A stretch of 33,316 nucleotides of DNA from Welwitschia mirabilis (lineage: Eukaryota), in assembly GCA_051453625.1 (NCBI GenBank), contig JBOZIK010000001.1:44860581-44893896 (forward strand). The letters run 5' to 3'. Position numbers and translations under genes: made by a program. The notes below the pieces were generated by a model. The model had not been told where the DNA came from, did no database searches, and saw only the letters and a list, made by a program, of their open reading frames with translations. Shown here in pieces: positions 23,500 to 33,316 of this stretch. Numbering within the stretch: the first letter of the stretch is position 1; each line of letters opens with the position of its first letter.

Positions 23500-25175
23500 T
23501 ATGTGATCCTTAAGGATTTTTTGATTGTTGTCTAGGCTGGCTCTTAGTAAGTAATAAACATTCTTTAAACTTATGGTTTTCTTTACAACTGAAGAATTAA
23601 AAGCCATTATTATACTAATCTTGACATTCAATTTAAGTATGATTTTGTATAAAATTGGATCTTTATGATTGATTACTTAAATGGAACATGCTTGTTTTTG
23701 TTAAAATTCTTGCTTCTATTGTCATTACTAGTAACATCACTCCTATTAAAGTTCCAATTCTTATTTTGATGGTACACAGGACAAGTTCATTTCTTATTTN
23801 NNNNNNNNNNNNNNNNNNNNNNNNNNNNNNNNNNNNNNNNNNNNNNNNNNNNNNNNNNNNNNNNNNNNNNNNNNNNNNNNNNNNNNNNNNNNNNNNNNNA
23901 GGCTGATTCTTAGTAACTAATAAATATTCTTTAACCTTATGGTTTCCTTTATAATTGAAGCATTGAAAGCCATTATCAAATTGACCTTGATAATGACTTA
24001 CTAGGATTTTTCTTAAATTTGTACCTCTATGATTAATTACTTATGTGAATTTGACTAGGAGAATTCTAATTTCTCTTGAATGGTGCATGCTTGTTTTGGT
24101 TGAAATTCCTAGATCTACTATTATTACTAGAAACATAGCGCTTACTAAAACTTCATGTCTTATTATGATGAAACACATATGATTGATTTTCCTTAAAGCT
24201 AAAACCCTTAGAAGAAATTCATTTCTTGTTTTCTTGTTGTCTTTGTCAATTTTGTTTTGCTATTTTTGCTTTCTCTATAGTCTCAACCAAAGTTTTAGGT
24301 TGAAACATAGATACTTTAATAGCAATAGAAGGAGAAATAATATTAACAAAAATATTTGCTTTGGCTTCTTTATCAAGATGCATATGTAATATAGATCTTA
24401 ATAATTACATAAATTTACATTCATAAGAAGCTATGATCACATTATGAGCTTGCCTCAGATTGTAGAGTTCAATAATATTTTGGCAAATGTAAAACTTAAT
24501 GATATACTTTTCCTTAAATATATTCTCAAACTCTCCCTATGAAAGTTCCACCTTATCTAACTTTGTCATATTTGTTTTCTACCATAAGTGAGCTTCTTCT
24601 TATAACATGTAGATAACTAAATAATCTTTTTCATATTCATCCCATCCTAAGATGTCTATAACCTTTTCAACATTTCTTAGCCATGCTTCCCCTTTTGATA
24701 GATTTGAACCTCCCATAAACTTCTATGGATTTAACTTAATAAATGTTTGAATTTACTTCCTCATACCCACCTCCTTATTAAGTTNNNNNNNNNNNNNNNN
24801 NNNNNNNNNNNNNNNNNNNNNNNNNNNNNNNNNNNNNNNNNNNNNNNNNNNNNNNNNNNNNNNNNNNNNNNNNNNNNNNNNNNNTGAACCTCTCATAAAC
24901 TTCTAGGAATTTAACTTAATAAATGTTTAAATTTACTTCCTCATACCCACCTCCTTATTAAGTTGATTGGTACCATTGTTCATTTGTAGATTTTGATCTT
25001 AATTTACTATTTATGATAAAAATTGCATGAATGCACTCATTAATACTTCTAGATTAAGAGTGATAAAATGTTGATTTCCATAGTTATGTTATTAATTAGT
25101 CCTTTAGTTATCTTGATGTTGATTAGTCGTTACAATTAAATTGGCCTCAAGACTTAGTTAATGATGGAGAGCCAT
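23500..25175 (-). pseudogene. gag: Gypsy (Tekay-like) gag, disrupted
   Basis: FIKLNP*KFMGG…EAWLRNVEKVID…YML*EEAHLW* (24750-24580), a decayed knuckle CFNYKGNHKVKEY (about 23963-23925), and a candidate ATG at 25175. Confidence 0.85.
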
Positions 25176-25659
25176 CTAGAATGAGTGGAAAATATAATTA
25201 GATTTGGTTGATAATAGGATAAATATCATGTTAAAAGTTGAAGTTCATATGTTCTTAATAAATATTGCATTATAACCATTAGGTAATTAATTTATAATAA
25301 ATAATCAAGTTAATTTCTCTTTCTTAATCACAAATGGATTTAATTTCTCTTCCTTACTCACAAATGGGTTTTTTCTATTAGACTCATAAGTTAATAATAA
25401 GGGTTATAATTAGAAAGCATATGAGAATTACATAATTAATTATGTAGTTAATATAAATTAGCTAAAGGTTTAATTTTTTAAGAGTATATATACTTATGAT
25501 TTATTTATTTATGTTTTTCTTAAAATGATCAAGCTCTATAAGTTATCATATGACATTATGAATGCCATGAGTAAATATCATTATCTCTATCTATAAGGTA
25601 ATAAAATTTTTAAAGACATGATTAAGTACTAGTTAACTACTTAAGATTGCTTAGGAATT

Positions 25660-26190
25660 AGAGTTAGCATGGATATAATTATTTGGAGATTTAAGATTAT
25701 CATTGGTATAATTAACTTTATGATTAATTGAACATTGTGATTTTCATAGATATAATTATTTAGTAACTAGGATTATCATAAGCATAATTACTACATGCTA
25801 TTAAGGTTAGCATGAATGTAATTTTGTTAATCACATTTTGGGTAGGACCATTATGGATATAATTAAATTCATAATTATTTAATAATTAGGTCATTAGAAA
25901 TATGATTAAACTCATGTTTACTTAATTAAGAAATGGGAATTATCTTAGATATAACTAACTTCAAGATGATGTACAAATAGGATTATAATAGGTATAATTA
26001 ACTTCATGATATTTGTTAATTAAGGTAACTATAAATGTAATGAATGCTATAATTATTTATTATTTAGGATGCTTATTATAATAATTAATTTCATGATTAC
26101 TTTAGGAACAAGAATTATCATGAATATAGTTAATTTTTCTAGTTAATTATCAATTAAGTTTATAATGAATATAATTAAACTTATTTTCAA
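25660..26190. repeat. Degenerate 35-45 bp tandem array (about 13 units) in the Tekay 5' leader
   Basis: The approximate consensus GGATTATCATRGRTATAATTAAYTTCATGATTA recurs near 25661, 25695, 25738, 25770, 25805, 25845, 25889, 25937, 25980, 26022, 26067, 26112 and 26157. Confidence 0.7.
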
Positions 26191-26224
26191 GTAATTAACA
26201 TAGACATGGTTTAAGTTAACCTAG

Positions 26225-26236
26225 GTTCTGATACCA
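26225..26236 (-). other. Primer-binding site (tRNA-iMet type)
   Basis: The minus strand reads TGGTATCAGAAC three bases after the LTR end. Confidence 0.9.
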
Positions 26237-26239
26237 TTA

Positions 26240-26409
26240 TGTAATACCCTAAATTTAATCATTCTAATTAAGCATTATTTTTTTAAACGTTATTAACTAA
26301 CATGTAAAATGAAACCTATGATCATTCTTATTTAGATCCCATCAAAACATTTTAAGATTTAAAATAATCAAATAACATAATTACTACTTAACTATATACC
26401 CTTTTGTCA
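26240..26409 (-). repeat. 3' end of the Tekay 5' LTR (runs into the gap)
   Basis: TGTAATACCC at 26240, which reads GGGTATTACA on the element strand and is typical of Tekay LTR ends. Confidence 0.8.
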
Positions 26410-27344
26410 NNNNNNNNNNNNNNNNNNNNNNNNNNNNNNNNNNNNNNNNNNNNNNNNNNNNNNNNNNNNNNNNNNNNNNNNNNNNNNNNNNNNNNNNNNN
26501 NNNNNNNNNNNNNNNNNNNNNNNNNNNNNNNNNNNNNNNNNNNNNNNNNNNNNNNNNNNNNNNNNNNNNNNNNNNNNNNNNNNNNNNNNNNNNNNNNNNN
26601 NNNNNNNNNNNNNNNNNNNNNNNNNNNNNNNNNNNNNNNNNNNNNNNNNNNNNNNNNNNNNNNNNNNNNNNNNNNNNNNNNNNNNNNNNNNNNNNNNNNN
26701 NNNNNNNNNNNNNNNNNNNNNNNNNNNNNNNNNNNNNNNNNNNNNNNNNNNNNNNNNNNNNNNNNNNNNNNNNNNNNNNNNNNNNNNNNNNNNNNNNNNN
26801 NNNNNNNNNNNNNNNNNNNNNNNNNNNNNNNNNNNNNNNNNNNNNNNNNNNNNNNNNNNNNNNNNNNNNNNNNNNNNNNNNNNNNNNNNNNNNNNNNNNN
26901 NNNNNNNNNNNNNNNNNNNNNNNNNNNNNNNNNNNNNNNNNNNNNNNNNNNNNNNNNNNNNNNNNNNNNNNNNNNNNNNNNNNNNNNNNNNNNNNNNNNN
27001 NNNNNNNNNNNNNNNNNNNNNNNNNNNNNNNNNNNNNNNNNNNNNNNNNNNNNNNNNNNNNNNNNNNNNNNNNNNNNNNNNNNNNNNNNNNNNNNNNNNN
27101 NNNNNNNNNNNNNNNNNNNNNNNNNNNNNNNNNNNNNNNNNNNNNNNNNNNNNNNNNNNNNNNNNNNNNNNNNNNNNNNNNNNNNNNNNNNNNNNNNNNN
27201 NNNNNNNNNNNNNNNNNNNNNNNNNNNNNNNNNNNNNNNNNNNNNNNNNNNNNNNNNNNNNNNNNNNNNNNNNNNNNNNNNNNNNNNNNNNNNNNNNNNN
27301 NNNNNNNNNNNNNNNNNNNNNNNNNNNNNNNNNNNNNNNNNNNN

Positions 27345-27579
27345 ACTAGAGTGATAAGATCATAGATACATGGATCCAAAGGTACGAAGTTTAAATCCCC
27401 GCAGTGGTGGGAAATAGAAACAGAATAAATTCTGTAAAGCCCAGGTGCCACTAGGTGCACAAAATTACCTACTTGCTATTGGCAGAAAATACAAATGGAA
27501 TAGATTTAATAAGCCCAAGCATGACTGGGCATTTGTGTGGTGCAAAGTTATCTACTTACTATTTCTTTAAAAAAAAAAA
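27345..27579 (+). mobile_element. Possible tRNA-derived SINE remnant
   Basis: A-box-like TAGAGTGATAAG, B-box-like AGTTTAAATCC (27388-27398), and an 11-A tail at 27569-27579. The 5' end is lost in the gap. Confidence 0.3.
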
Positions 27580-27972
27580 CTAGATATCTTTTGATTTATA
27601 TGCAATAACAATGTCAAAATTGCATCTATATTTATTCTTAACTTTTGTTTTTATCATAGAAAAATATCTTGTATAAAGTTAATGGGATGTTAACCTATTT
27701 TATCACATGTAATGGATGAGCTTTAGAATAGTGTCTAACTAATATAATAGAAGGTTTCAACTCCCATTAATGGCATTCTAACTCAATATCTGGCCATCCT
27801 CTGAATGTGAGTTGGTTTTACTTTAAGTTGTAAACTATACAAACATGGCTAGACGTAACTATGTAGGTTTAGACTTCATCTCGATATACCCCTAATACAT
27901 GTGACAGGTCGTATGGGAGGTGGATGCATGCTTGCAAATTACCCTTTTTTACATTGCCAATTTGCAATTATT

Positions 27973-29294
27973 TGATGAGGTTTTATAATCTATTTTGTAG
28001 GACATTTGCACAAGTTTAAGTATAATTCTGAGGATTTTGGAGAATTAATAGAAGATCTCAGAAATGTGCAATTATTACCCAGATTTGATGCATTTAAGAT
28101 ACATTCTGATACACATAGCTTTATAGGAATATTTCTAATAAAATGATTAGTTCTACTCACTAAATGATTAAATAAGACTGTCATCCCCTCTGTCGTCCCC
28201 ATGATAGATAGAACGACAATACCATTAGATGCTAATGTGGAATGCTGAATCATCTGCTGAGTCATTTGTTGAATCATCGTTTGTAATTATTTGTCATTCC
28301 CTATGCCATCTGGATGACCATTAGAATGACATTAATATTGTAATTAACTCTGATAACTGATCCTTGATCGTTTCATCTATTTCTTATCCATAAAAGAGCA
28401 CATTTTTGGAGCACCTTTTGTTTGTCATTTTCTACTATGTTTTCCTATAAATAAGTCCTCCTTTGACTCTTTTCTCTATATTTATTACACTAAAAATTCT
28501 TGTGATAGGAGACCGAAGGATGGGAGATCCATCTTGAGTATTGCAGAAAGACATTCCCTTAGTGGAGGGCTATGTATCCTTCTTTGAGGCCCTATTGTTT
28601 TGTAACTTAGATGTTGTTCTGATTTAATATAAAATTTATTTTTATATTTACATATTAGTTTGTCTGATAACTTTTATGATTTGTGTTGCCCTTCATCTAG
28701 TGATAATTGCTTAGGTGATATAGATAATCAAGGATGGCCTTTGTTAAGGCTAAAAAGAAAGTAGTTTAGTTTTACTTTTCATTTCATGTAGATTAATTGC
28801 ATTTTACATTTACATTTCATCCTTTATTTTTTGCATTATTCTTTAGTTTTGGTTCCCATTTATTTATGAAAAGTAATCTAAGTCTCATTTCATAGTCTTC
28901 AATGAGAATACTACATTCAGATTAACTCCCGCTCATACTAGTGTGTTATATTGTGTGAGAAATCTATTTTGTNNNNNNNNNNNNNNNNNNNNNNNNNNNN
29001 NNNNNNNNNNNNNNNNNNNNNNNNNNNNNNNNNNNNNNNNNNNNNNNNNNNNNNNNNNNNNNNNNNNNNNNNTTGACATTTCATCCTTTATTTTCTGCAT
29101 TATTCTTTAGTTGTGGTTCCCATTTATTTATAAAAAGTAATCCAAGTCTCATCTCATAGTCTTTAATGAGAATACGACATTCAGATTAACTCCCGCTCAT
29201 ATTAGTGTGTCATATTGTGTGAGAAATTTATTTTGTTTTATGAATGATAGAATCGTTTTGAATATAAATTCTTGCATAAATATATACTGCAACA
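27973..29294 (+). repeat. 5' LTR of the Athila-like element
   Basis: Candidate start TGATGAGG (27973, uncertain), TATA box CTATAAATA (28445), and end ...TGCAACA (29294) directly before the PBS. It includes a gap-flanking duplicate. Confidence 0.6.
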
Positions 29295-29297
29295 AAT

Positions 29298-29315
29298 TGG
29301 AACCATCTCTAGGGA
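29298..29315 (+). other. Decayed Athila-type primer-binding site
   Basis: TGGAACCATCTCTAGGGA versus the usual TGGCGCCGTTGCCGGGGA, three bases after the terminal CA. Confidence 0.6.
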
Positions 29316-29472
29316 AGGCTNNNNNNNNNNNNNNNNNNNNNNNNNNNNNNNNNNNNNNNNNNNNNNNNNNNNNNNNNNNNNNNNNNNNNNNNNNNNNNNN
29401 NNNNNNNNNNNNNNNNNNNNNNNNNNNNNNNNNNNNNNNNNNNNNNNNNNNNNNNNNNNNNNNNNNNNNNNN

Positions 29473-29730
29473 TTTTCAATTTTTTTTCTCTATTTTATTG
29501 GTTGGTTTTTTTATTTCTTAGTTTTTATTTTTTTGGTTTTTAGGTTTTTTGGTTTTCAATTTTAATTTTTTCAGGTTTTTAATTTTTTTAATTCTTAGTT
29601 TTCAATTTTTTAGTTTTTTAGGTTTTTGGTTCTTAGTTTTTGTTTTTTTAGTTTTTCAGTTTTATGGTTCTCGGTTTTCATTTTTTTTTAATTTTTTGGT
29701 TTTTTGGTTCTCATTTTTTTGTAGTATTTA
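29473..29730. repeat. T-rich low-complexity tract
   Basis: Repeated TTTTT(A/G)GTTTTT units. Confidence 0.8.
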
Positions 29731-30052
29731 ATAATAATTATTATCTTTCTGTTGTCCACATGACAAGATGAACGAGTGCTCATTTTTTTTGTTCTTTTGC
29801 CTTCTATTTTTGGATTTTAGACTGTAGTCTTCTGATAGCATAATAATAATTTCATCATCTCCTTCATCATCTAGATGACTAGGAGGATGATAGCCTACAT
29901 GTGTTTTTCTAGTTTTTAGCTTTCTAATCTATTAAATTTCTATTTTTTTCCCTATAAACATTGTCCCCTCTGTCGTCCCCATGATAGACAGGACGACATT
30001 TTGTTGTTTTTAATTTATTTTTTATTATTTTCTATTTGCAAGATACTATAAC

Positions 30053-32650
30053 ATGATCAATCTAGAAAGAGAAATATTAAAGAAAAAGGACTACTAGTAG
30101 AAGAAAGTATCAAAGAAATACTATTGGCTTTAAAATAGAGTCAGGAATGCAATCTATAGGTGCATATAATATCTCTTCTGAATTCATTTTTTTAATTAAA
30201 GCATTAAAGGAAATAGAACTCGATCATTACTATGTACCTATCTTCATCTTGAACTAGATTCTCTTTTTTCCATTCTTCTCAATAATGGGTAGTGATACAA
30301 GGATCCTTANNNNNNNNNNNNNNNNNNNNNNNNNNNNNNNNNNNNNNNNNNNNNNNNNNNNNNNNNNNNNNNNNNNNNNNNNNNNNNNNNNNNNNNNNNN
30401 NNNNNNNNNTGAACTAGATTCTCTTTTTTCCATTCTTCTCAATAATGGATAGTGATATAAGGACCCTTAGGAAAATTTTTGCTAAAGAACGGAGAAACCT
30501 AAAAAACTCTGAGAATGATAGTAAGAAAACAGTTTAAGAACTTCTTGTAGAAATAGGGATAATAACAAATAATGTTAAGAGTATGGATTGGGTTCATTCC
30601 TCTTTTCAATCATCTTATTATTCCCCCTTTCCTTTTTAAAATCCATATAGGAATAACAAAAAAAATCTTAGGGATTCAACCTCATACAATCACTTTTATC
30701 CATCCCAACCATCTCCCATGAATTACTATAAAGAAAAACCATCTCCCATGAACTACTACAAGGAAGAAATAATTGATGTAATGAAAAAAAGTCTCAAAAT
30801 TTTAACAAAAATGTAGAAAGAATGGAAAAGACCAAGAAAAAATTATAAAAATTTGTTGAGATCCTTTGACAAAACCTATTACAAAATCAAGGCTCTATCA
30901 TAACACAACAACTTCAAACCAATCCTGCTACATCTTACCTTGAGGACAATGAAAACAACTTAGAAATGAATGATAATGATTCTGAGTTTTAAATAGAGAA
31001 TGAAATTTTTGATCAAAGTACAANNNNNNNNNNNNNNNNNNNNNNNNNNNNNNNNNNNNNNNNNNNNNNNNNNNNNNNNNNNNNNNNNNNNNNNNNNNNN
31101 NNNNNNNNNNNNNNNNNNNNNNNGGACAATGAGAACAACTTAGAAATGAATGATAATGATTCTGACTTTTAAATAGAGAATGAAATTTTTGATCAAAGTA
31201 CAACATCTTACACATTATGAGATGAGCAAATGGGAGACAAGAACAATTCAATTATATCTTCCAATAATGAAGATGAGGATGATCATTCATTAAACAATGA
31301 TGTTGAGGTATTAGGTAAAGAGTACATTCATGAAAAATCTAAAAATTTCTTAATCTATGATAGACAATGATTGCATTTTCCCTTCTAATGAAAAAGATAC
31401 ATGCAACAAGATGGTGAGAATAGTGAAGAAGAAGATGATGATAACATTAAAATATTAGACTATATCCCTTCTTTTTAAATACTTTACAAAGATGAAGGAG
31501 TTACACCATTAAAAGAGGCTCAACTTATGAGATTAATAGAGAATAGTATTGAGACAGAATCAATGGAAAAGAAACAACTCAATAACTTAAATAAGAATTA
31601 TAGTTTAGAGCTAATAGAATTATTTATAAAGGAAGAGGAGTTAAACCAAAAAACATTAGAACATCTTTTATTACATAATGAATATAATGATAACTTTCCT
31701 TTCTATAATCTTTCTAATGATCTTTTTAAGGAATCCACCAACTTAGAAAATAAAAATGATCCTTAACAAAATGAAAAATAAGAATAGGATATAAACAATA
31801 ATAAAGAAGAAAGAGATATGATCAATGAAGAAATAATTTAAACAAGTAACATCCTTGTCCTTAAAATTAATAAGACACAGATGCAACTCCAAAAATCTCC
31901 CAATCCTTTCCTTTGCAAATTTTATGTGCTACAAAAAGTAACATCTTTTCCTCTTTTACAAAGTCAACTCTACCTTGCACTTACAATGATTTATTACTTT
32001 TAAAACAAAACTTGGAATATCTTGAAACTCTAAATTAGGAAAAGCCATACCTTATTGATCTAAAGCCATGNNNNNNNNNNNNNNNNNNNNNNNNNNNNNN
32101 NNNNNNNNNNNNNNNNNNNNNNNNNNNNNNNNNNNNNNNNNNNNNNNNNNNNNNNNNNNNNNNNNNNNNNCCATACCTTATTGATCTAAAGCAATGTTTA
32201 AAGTTAAATGTTAAATAGTTTCTTAGGTATATAAGACCTATCTTAGTCACTCACCCTAAGAAGTTTCTTACAAATCCTTGGACCTCAAATCTGATCTCTT
32301 ATGATCAATATCAAGCTCTAAATACAATTTATGTTTCAAATCCTTTATATCATGAGTCTAATAAGATATTGTTTTTCCATGAATTGTATGAATTTATTAT
32401 CTTTTATATTGCTATTAANNNNNNNNNNNNNNNNNNNNNNNNNNNNTATGCAAATTGGAAAAAGCCTTGTCTTATTTATAAAAATTCATGTCTTGAATCA
32501 AAATATAGAAACCATTTTAAATAACCTTCAAAATCATCTTGGAAAATTTCTTTGGGACCTTACTTACATGCTTTTTCTAATGATATTCAAGATTCACAAA
32601 GTTTTCATAAGAGATTATTTGACACTTATCACTCCTTTATCTCTTATTTG
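30053..32650 (+). pseudogene. Degenerate Asn/Glu/Lys-rich ORF of unknown function inside the element (possibly gag-derived)
   Basis: Purine-rich coding-like strand bias, open fragments (such as 31527-31766), and an in-frame 30-bp duplication PSPMNYYKE(K/E) at 30707-30766. QQLQTNP near 30905-30925 loosely resembles the Athila gag C-terminus. Confidence 0.45.
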
Positions 32651-33316
32651 AATTCTAGAATTTGTGCTATCAAGGTATTATCTTTTTATTCTCTCTTCTT
32701 TCAATTGATTTAATTAAAAATGATTGCATACCTTTTATGTTTTATCAATTGATAAACATTTGATTTGAACCCCATTTCTCTAAAGGAATGCAACATCTTG
32801 AGATGATTTTTCTCTTTATTTTCAATAAAAGTATTGATTATATTTTTAGGTTTTAAATAAAATTTGCTTGCCTTGATATTTTCTTTTTGGCTTTTATGGT
32901 TCTTTTGATTTGATTTTCAGCTTTCTGTTTTGATAGTCTCTATTTTTCTTTTCTATTTTTGGTTTTTTACTAAGTCTCTATTTTCTATTTTTACTTTCTT
33001 CATATGTCATCCTCTATGTTGTTTAGATGACGAGCAAGATGATAGCTTCTATTTTTCATTTTCTTCCTTTAAGTTTTCTATTAAATTTCTATTTCTTATT
33101 TTTTTTCCTGTCCTTGTCATCCCCTTTTTCGTTTGGATGATGAAAAGGATAATTGTCAGTAGTTTTTAATTTTGATTTTTTGTTATTTTGAGAAAATACA
33201 TTTTGATGGCTTTGTTGAGATTTCTAACTTGATAACTTAATAATTTTAGAAATTTAATGGAAAAATGCTAAAAATATATAAGCAACCATCTGAATTTTCT
33301 CTTAGCCTTTTCCTTT

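Larger units (their letters stand above)
20420..26409 (-). mobile_element. 3'-truncated Tekay/Del-like Ty3/gypsy LTR retrotransposon
   Basis: LTR end, Met PBS and gag-PR-RT-RH-INT order. No GPY/F motif, chromodomain, PPT or 3' LTR is visible. Confidence 0.9.
27973..33316 (+). mobile_element. Athila-like gypsy element, apparently non-autonomous within the window (continues past the end)
   Basis: LTR followed by a decayed Athila-type PBS, a T-rich leader and a degenerate ORF; no pol motifs seen. Confidence 0.6.

Noticed and set aside
25660..26190. CRISPR-like periodic repeats (also 4485-4928)
   Set aside because: The units are degenerate with no repeat-spacer structure and no cas genes, and the context is a eukaryotic retroelement.
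27345..27410. Functional tRNA gene
   Set aside because: I could not build a cloverleaf, the boxes are degenerate and the 5' end lies in a gap. Kept only as a SINE candidate.
27700..27960. Possible MuDR transposase relic (LTNIIEGFNS resembles TTNxxESFN)
   Set aside because: It is a single short motif among stops, too weak without a translated search.
29207..29731. Phe-rich membrane-protein-like ORFs (also 32930-33169)
   Set aside because: They are translations of T-rich low-complexity DNA.
5418..32651. Long ORFs in the track containing X runs
   Set aside because: They are artefacts of translating N gaps.
1..33316. Host protein-coding gene or a novel multi-gene system; species identification
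   Set aside because: I found no exon-like or non-TE protein signal, and the organism cannot be determined beyond plant-type retroelement lineages.

Overview
This is AT-rich, strongly CpG-depleted plant-type heterochromatin from a gapped draft assembly. It consists almost entirely of old, nested, degenerate LTR retrotransposons, and I see no intact host gene, RNA gene or prokaryotic system. (1) Bases 1-684 are the 3' end of an LTR inserted into element 2. (2) A minus-strand Sirevirus/SIRE-type Ty1/copia element (685-10965) has both LTRs, PBS, gag, protease, integrase, an env-like ORF and two PPTs, but its reverse transcriptase is deleted. (3) A 727-bp tandem duplication crosses its LTR/flank border. 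(4) Two diverged Athila-like LTR + 3' non-coding remnants, plus an inverted fragment, occupy about 11044-20040. (5) A truncated minus-strand Tekay/Del-like Ty3/gypsy element (about 20420-26409) has a repeat-filled 1-kb leader. (6) A possible tRNA-derived SINE follows. (7) A plus-strand Athila-like, apparently non-autonomous element (27973 to the end) carries an unrecognised degenerate ORF flanked by hairpin repeats. All coding regions are pseudogenised. Family calls come from motifs I translated by eye, not from database searches, and many boundaries are approximate.
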